Shown here piece after piece: positions 59,413 through 64,000 of a stretch of 64,000 bases of DNA. The notes under the pieces are model-generated. The model was not told where the DNA came from. It ran no database searches and was given only the letters and a program-made list of their open reading frames with translations. The DNA is from an uncultured bacterium. GTDB lineage: Bacteria; Bacteroidota; Ignavibacteria; Kapaibacteriales; UBA2268. Each line of letters opens with the position of its first letter. Within the stretch, counting starts at the first letter, position 1. The stretch is taken from the NCBI GenBank assembly GCA_942492935.1, contig OW818654.1, positions 3,587,918-3,651,917 of the forward strand, given 5' to 3'. The position numbers were made by a program, and so were the translations under genes.

Positions 59413-61698
59413 ATGTCATATTATTCTGAAGAAATTAATAGTAATTTAAGTCATAATATATCTGCTATTACTGAAGGTTTGAATCCTGAGCAAAAATCCG
59501 CAGTTGAAATAATTAATGGACCTATTCTTGTACTTGCTGGTGCAGGTAGCGGAAAAACAAGAGTTTTGACAAACCGTATTGCATATTTAATTGAAAAAAG
59601 CATCAATCCTTATAATATTCTTGCCCTCACATTTACAAATAAAGCTGCAAATGAAATGAAGGAGAGAATTTCACGGCTCGTACATTACAGATTGGCAAAG
59701 AATATTTGGGCTGGTACATTTCATTCTGTTTTTGCAAGAATCCTAAGAATTGAAGCTGAAAATATTGGATATCAAACAAATTTTTCAATATATGACCAAG
59801 ATGACTCGCTAAGTGTTGTTAAAAATATAATGAAAGATTCTGGATATAGTTCAGCAAAACTCCAACCAGCAAATGTGAGAGGAGTAATTTCTTCTAATAA
59901 AAATAAAATGATTAGTTGGCAAGAATTTGAAAGAAATGCAAGTAATGCAATAGAACGACAAATTGCTGATATATTCAGAGAATACGAAACTGTTTTACTG
60001 AAAAACAATGCTATGGATTTTGATGATTTACTTTTAAATTTTATAATTTTATTGAAAAAATCTAAAGAATTACTCAATAAATATCAGCAACAGTTTAAAT
60101 ATATCCTTGTTGATGAATATCAGGATACAAATAAAGCACAATATATTGCAATTCAAATGCTTGCAAAAGCACATCAGAATATTTGTGTTGTTGGTGATGA
60201 TGCACAAAGCATTTACCGTTGGCGTGGAGCTGAAATTCAAAATATTCTTGATTTTCAGAAAGATTATCCATATTCTAAAATAGTTCGTCTTGAACAAAAT
60301 TACAGGTCAACAAAAACCATATTAGCCGCTGCACATGCAGTTATTTCAAACAATAGCAAGCAAATCGCAAAAAAATTATGGACTGATAATCCAGATGGTG
60401 ATTTAATTGAGGTCTTAGCTTGTAATGATGACCGAGAGGAAGCAAGAAAAGTAGCTGATTTAATACAAAAAATGTATAATTCAGGTCGAAATTTGAAAGA
60501 TTTTGCTGTTTTGTATAGAACAAATGCCCAATCACTTGCTTTAGAAACATCATTAAGAGCTGCAAATTTACCCTATATAATCGTTGGTGGGGTTTCCTTT
60601 TACAAGAGAAAAGAAATCAAAGATGTTCTTGCTTACATTAGAATTTTGATGAATAATCGTGATGCTGAATCATTATTACGAATAGTTAACGAGCCACCAC
60701 GTGGGCTTGGGCAAACATCAATCAATCATTTAAAGGAATTTGCAAAAGAATATGATAAAACATTATATGAAGTATTCCAAAATGCAGATAGGGTTGTAAG
60801 TTTGCAAAATAGAGCTGCTCAATCAGCAAAATCTTTCATAGAATTTCTCAATAAATACCGTTCTTTACTCAATGATTTACCGGTTTATGAAGTAATTACC
60901 GAATATATCAACGCAACTGGTATATTGGATATGTACCGTCAAATAAATACGGAAGACTCATTAGACAGATGGAACAATATCAATCAATTATTATTTGATA
61001 TTAAGCAATTTTTCATAAATAATCCTGAATCAACAATTGAGGATTATGTTCAGCAAATTTCATTAGTAGCTGATATTGATGAAAAAGATTTGCATGGTAA
61101 TGCAATAACATTAATGACATTACATTCCGCAAAAGGATTGGAATATCCTTGTGTATTTATCACTGGTATAGAAAAGGGTTTATTTCCATTAACAAGAATG
61201 GATTTTACTAAAGATGAGGAAGAAGAGGAAAGACGCTTGTTTTATGTTGGGATAACAAGAGCAAAAGAAAAATTATTTCTTAGTTATGCACTTAGAAGGG
61301 CAAAATTTGGTGATGTTCAAACATCAGTGCCGTCTCCATTCTTGAGAGAAATACCTGATAATCTTACAAAATACGGATTGAAAGCCAAAACACAAACTTC
61401 AAATGAAGTTTTTCTCCCACAAAAAGCATATACAGGCAATCCATTTCAAAAGCCAGTTCCAAAACCAGTAGTTAAAAGTTCATATAGTCAAATACCTGAT
61501 GCAGAACAAAGTTATTCTCAAATACCAGTTGATGATTCAAGTTTTAATGTTGGAGATAAAGTTCATCATTCACAATTTGGAAAAGGTACAATTTCGGCAA
61601 TAACTGGAGTTGGTCAATCCAAAAAAGCAACTGTAATATTTAATTCTGTAGGTCCGAAGCAATTAATTTTACAATACGCGAAATTACAAAAATTTTAA
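59413..61698 (+). CDS. UvrD/PcrA/Rep-family ATP-dependent DNA helicase
   Basis: Walker A GAGSGKTRVL. Motifs DEYQDTN, YRS, and a C-terminal Tudor-like tail. 761 aa. Confidence 0.8.
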   Translation: MSYYSEEINSNLSHNISAITEGLNPEQKSAVEIINGPILVLAGAGSGKTRVLTNRIAYLIEKSINPYNILALTFTNKAANEMKERISRLVHYRLAKNIWAGTFHSVFARILRIEAENIGYQTNFSIYDQDDSLSVVKNIMKDSGYSSAKLQPANVRGVISSNKNKMISWQEFERNASNAIERQIADIFREYETVLLKNNAMDFDDLLLNFIILLKKSKELLNKYQQQFKYILVDEYQDTNKAQYIAIQMLAKAHQNICVVGDDAQSIYRWRGAEIQNILDFQKDYPYSKIVRLEQNYRSTKTILAAAHAVISNNSKQIAKKLWTDNPDGDLIEVLACNDDREEARKVADLIQKMYNSGRNLKDFAVLYRTNAQSLALETSLRAANLPYIIVGGVSFYKRKEIKDVLAYIRILMNNRDAESLLRIVNEPPRGLGQTSINHLKEFAKEYDKTLYEVFQNADRVVSLQNRAAQSAKSFIEFLNKYRSLLNDLPVYEVITEYINATGILDMYRQINTEDSLDRWNNINQLLFDIKQFFINNPESTIEDYVQQISLVADIDEKDLHGNAITLMTLHSAKGLEYPCVFITGIEKGLFPLTRMDFTKDEEEEERRLFYVGITRAKEKLFLSYALRRAKFGDVQTSVPSPFLREIPDNLTKYGLKAKTQTSNEVFLPQKAYTGNPFQKPVPKPVVKSSYSQIPDAEQSYSQIPVDDSSFNVGDKVHHSQFGKGTISAITGVGQSKKATVIFNSVGPKQLILQYAKLQKF

Positions 61699-61723
61699 AT
61701 GTTTGGGTTGGATTTTGGAATCT

Positions 61724-62063
61724 GAAACAAGTTCAGAATGACACTTATTAGATGTCCAACACTTCAAAAGTGTTGGACATCTTGTATCAAAATTGACAGT
61801 ATTCAATAATGATTTCTGAAATGAGTTCAGAATGACTGTAATGTTTCCTTGTCATTCCCAACTTGATGCGGAATCTAATATATGCAGATGTCCAACACTT
61901 TCAAAGTGTTGGACATCTTGTATCAAAATTTACAGTATTCAATAATGGTTTCAGAAACAAGTTCAGAATGACATAATTGTTTTCCTTGTCATTCCTCACT
62001 TGATGCTGAATACACATCAAATTATAATTGAAAATGTCCAACCATAACAATATAGTTGGACAT
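61724..62063. repeat. About 2.7 tandem copies of a ~136-bp unit, each with two hairpins (GAATGAC…GTCATTC and GATGTCCAACAC-loop-GTGTTGGACATC), filling the convergent uvrD-like/rseP intergenic region
   Basis: Direct alignment by eye. S-motif GAAA(C/T)(A/G)AGTTCAGAATGAC at 61724, 61818 and 61954. 12-bp-stem hairpins at 61751-61781 and 61887-61917. Degenerate third copy at 62035-62063. Confidence 0.65.
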
Positions 62064-62105
62064 AAGAAAATAATTTTGACAAATAAACTTTGGTTATCAA
62101 AATTC

Positions 62106-63470
62106 TTATAAAAATCTTGATACGTCATTTATTATAACATAAATTGATAATACGATTATTAGTATAATTCCTGCTTGCTGAATGTAGAGTTTTGCTTTTG
62201 TCGGAATTTCGCGTCTAAAAATACCTTCTATTATTAGCATAGCAATATGCCCGCCATCAAGAGCTGGTAATGGTAGAATATTCAAAAATCCAAGGGAGAT
62301 TGAAAGCAATGCCATAAAATTCAGCAAACTTGCTAATCCTTCCTTCGCTTGTTTTGAAGTCATATCAAAAATCATAACTGGACCAGCTATTGATTCTTTG
62401 AATGTTACATTACCTTTAAACATTTGAGCAATTGATGAAACAATAAAGACTGTTTTATCAACTGTTTCTGATGCACCAAATTGAATTGATTCAATTAAAG
62501 AATAATCAATTTTAGTTAGTGGTGCGATTCTTAATTGTATTCCAAGTAAACCGTCATCGTTTAATTGAGCAGAAGAACTCATCAGTTGATTGTTTCTTAG
62601 CCATTCTACATTTACTTGTTGATTTTTAAATTTTTTGAGTGTTTCTTGTAATTTATTTTGTGCATTAATTGGAATAGAATTTACAGCAATAATTTGGTCG
62701 CCACTAATAATACCTGCTTTTTCAGCTGGTCTGCCTTTAACAACATCAGCAACAAAAACTTGTATCCCGCCTGGATTCAATCCAAGTGGAGATTTCCCTG
62801 CAAATAACTTTACTAATTTTCCGCCATCATATTTCAAATTAACATTTTCATTATTTCGTATAACTTCTACATTGAGTTGGTCACCAAAATCTTTCAAAGT
62901 TAAACCATAAATAATTTCGTTCCAAGTTCGTACTTTTTCATTATTTATTTTGATGATTTTGTCATTATTTTGAAAACCAATTTGCTCGGCTATTGAACTT
63001 GTTTCAACTGTTCCAACAGTAGTTACTCCGAGTTCTGTTCTACCTTCGGAAAATGCAATGAAGCTGAAAATGATTGCAGCAAGTACAAAATTCATTATTG
63101 CACCAGCACTCATGACTAGAATTTTTGCAAAAGAACCCTTTGACCTAAATTCGTAAGGTTGTGGTGGTGCATTGATAAAATCTGTATCCATACTTTCATC
63201 TACCATACCTGAAATTTTGACATAACCTCCAATTGGAAACATCGCAAGACGATAATCAGTATTACTTCCCAAATCAATATCATCGTTTAACTTCCCAAAG
63301 TTAAATCCAGTCTTTCTATTCCAACCAAGTAATCTTGGTCCCATACCAATGCAAAATACTTCTGCCCGCATACCCGTTAACCTTGCAGCTAGAAAGTGTC
63401 CGAGTTCGTGAATTGTAATCAAAACTCCGATTACAAGTACAAAATAAAATATATTACCGAAAATATCCAT
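62106..63470 (-). CDS. rseP: RIP site-2 metalloprotease RseP
   Basis: HELGHF zinc motif at N-terminal TM. Tandem PDZ domains. C-terminal TM helices. 454 aa. Confidence 0.85.
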   Translation of the reverse strand: MDIFGNIFYFVLVIGVLITIHELGHFLAARLTGMRAEVFCIGMGPRLLGWNRKTGFNFGKLNDDIDLGSNTDYRLAMFPIGGYVKISGMVDESMDTDFINAPPQPYEFRSKGSFAKILVMSAGAIMNFVLAAIIFSFIAFSEGRTELGVTTVGTVETSSIAEQIGFQNNDKIIKINNEKVRTWNEIIYGLTLKDFGDQLNVEVIRNNENVNLKYDGGKLVKLFAGKSPLGLNPGGIQVFVADVVKGRPAEKAGIISGDQIIAVNSIPINAQNKLQETLKKFKNQQVNVEWLRNNQLMSSSAQLNDDGLLGIQLRIAPLTKIDYSLIESIQFGASETVDKTVFIVSSIAQMFKGNVTFKESIAGPVMIFDMTSKQAKEGLASLLNFMALLSISLGFLNILPLPALDGGHIAMLIIEGIFRREIPTKAKLYIQQAGIILIIVLSIYVIINDVSRFL

Positions 63471-63511
63471 AAATCCTTCTATTTTAATTTTTTTGATGCA
63501 AATAATTGTAA

Positions 63512-64000
63512 TTATATAGATACGTAATTACTTTCAATGTATTTTTTTGTAAATTCTCTTGTTTCCTTATCAGTTTCTACAATATCCATTATATCAGGAT
63601 TTTCAATCATATTTACAGACTCTAAAGAAATATCAATAATTTTGCTTATATCAGTAAAATGAATTTTCTTATCAAGAAATGCGGCAACACATATTTCATT
63701 AGCGGCATTTAAAACAGCAGTAGAATTTCCTCCGTTTTGAATTGCTTTATAAGCTAAATCAAGACAAGGATACCTTCTCATATCAGGTTTATAAAATTCT
63801 AAACTGCCCATTTCTGATAAGTTCAATCTTGGAAAATTATATGAAAATCTTTCAGGATAAGTTAAACTATAAGAAATTGGAATTCTCATATCAGGTAAAC
63901 CAAGTTGTGCTTTTACAGAACCGTCAATAAATTGTACAAAAGAATGAATAATACTTTGTGGATGTATAACAACTTCAATATTTTCATAATCAATTCCAAA
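63512..64000 (-). CDS. dxr: 1-deoxy-D-xylulose 5-phosphate reductoisomerase, C-terminal portion (N-terminus beyond window end)
   Basis: …MRIPISYSLTYPERF… matches the Dxr C-terminal domain. The reading frame stays open to position 64000. Confidence 0.75.
   Translation of the reverse strand, partial: FGIDYENIEVVIHPQSIIHSFVQFIDGSVKAQLGLPDMRIPISYSLTYPERFSYNFPRLNLSEMGSLEFYKPDMRRYPCLDLAYKAIQNGGNSTAVLNAANEICVAAFLDKKIHFTDISKIIDISLESVNMIENPDIMDIVETDKETREFTKKYIESNYVSI

Noticed and set aside
61724-62063. Possible CRISPR array
   Set aside because: Repeats are ~136 bp with conserved inter-hairpin sequence rather than short repeats with unique spacers. No cas genes nearby.

Overview
This is a low-GC (~30%) bacterial chromosomal segment with about 50 protein genes, one tRNA and several structured non-coding regions, and no mobile-element genes. 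T9SS C-terminal sorting domains on two secreted proteins point to a Bacteroidota/Ignavibacteriota-like (FCB-group) organism.

Housekeeping and metabolic genes are hisS, trmB, dapD, leuC/leuD, mraZ-rsmH, mreC/mreD, rseP, a partial dxr, tRNA-Glu, a fermentative ADP-forming acyl-CoA synthetase and ptb-buk. Secreted and surface proteins include:
- an ice-binding-like (DUF3494) protein with choice-of-anchor-D repeats
- a BNR-repeat T9SS protein
- an SBBP-repeat giant protein
- an OmpA/TolB-like protein
- an M48 peptidase
- a beta-lactamase-like T9SS hydrolase

The window also carries an isolated octaheme cytochrome c with elevated GC. STAS-domain and partner-switching signalling is unusually dense:
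- a free STAS protein
- a STAS-MlaE permease coupled to a SufS-like desulfurase
- a STAS-fusion protein heading an ABC operon whose permease carries two fused substrate-binding domains
- a 5-gene locus: VWA membrane protein, TM/TPR PP2C phosphatase, SiaB-like GHKL kinase, DUF1987 SiaC-like protein, second PP2C phosphatase

That 5-gene locus resembles SiaABC but has no diguanylate cyclase output. Non-coding highlights are four ATCAC-N3-GTGAT palindromic sites in a nested inverted arrangement, a ~136-bp double-hairpin tandem repeat between convergent genes, and a GC-rich structured island upstream of mraZ. Internal near-identical DNA tandem repeats lie inside three genes (TPR, IBP-repeat, flotillin). 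A pirin gene is frameshifted in a T6 run.
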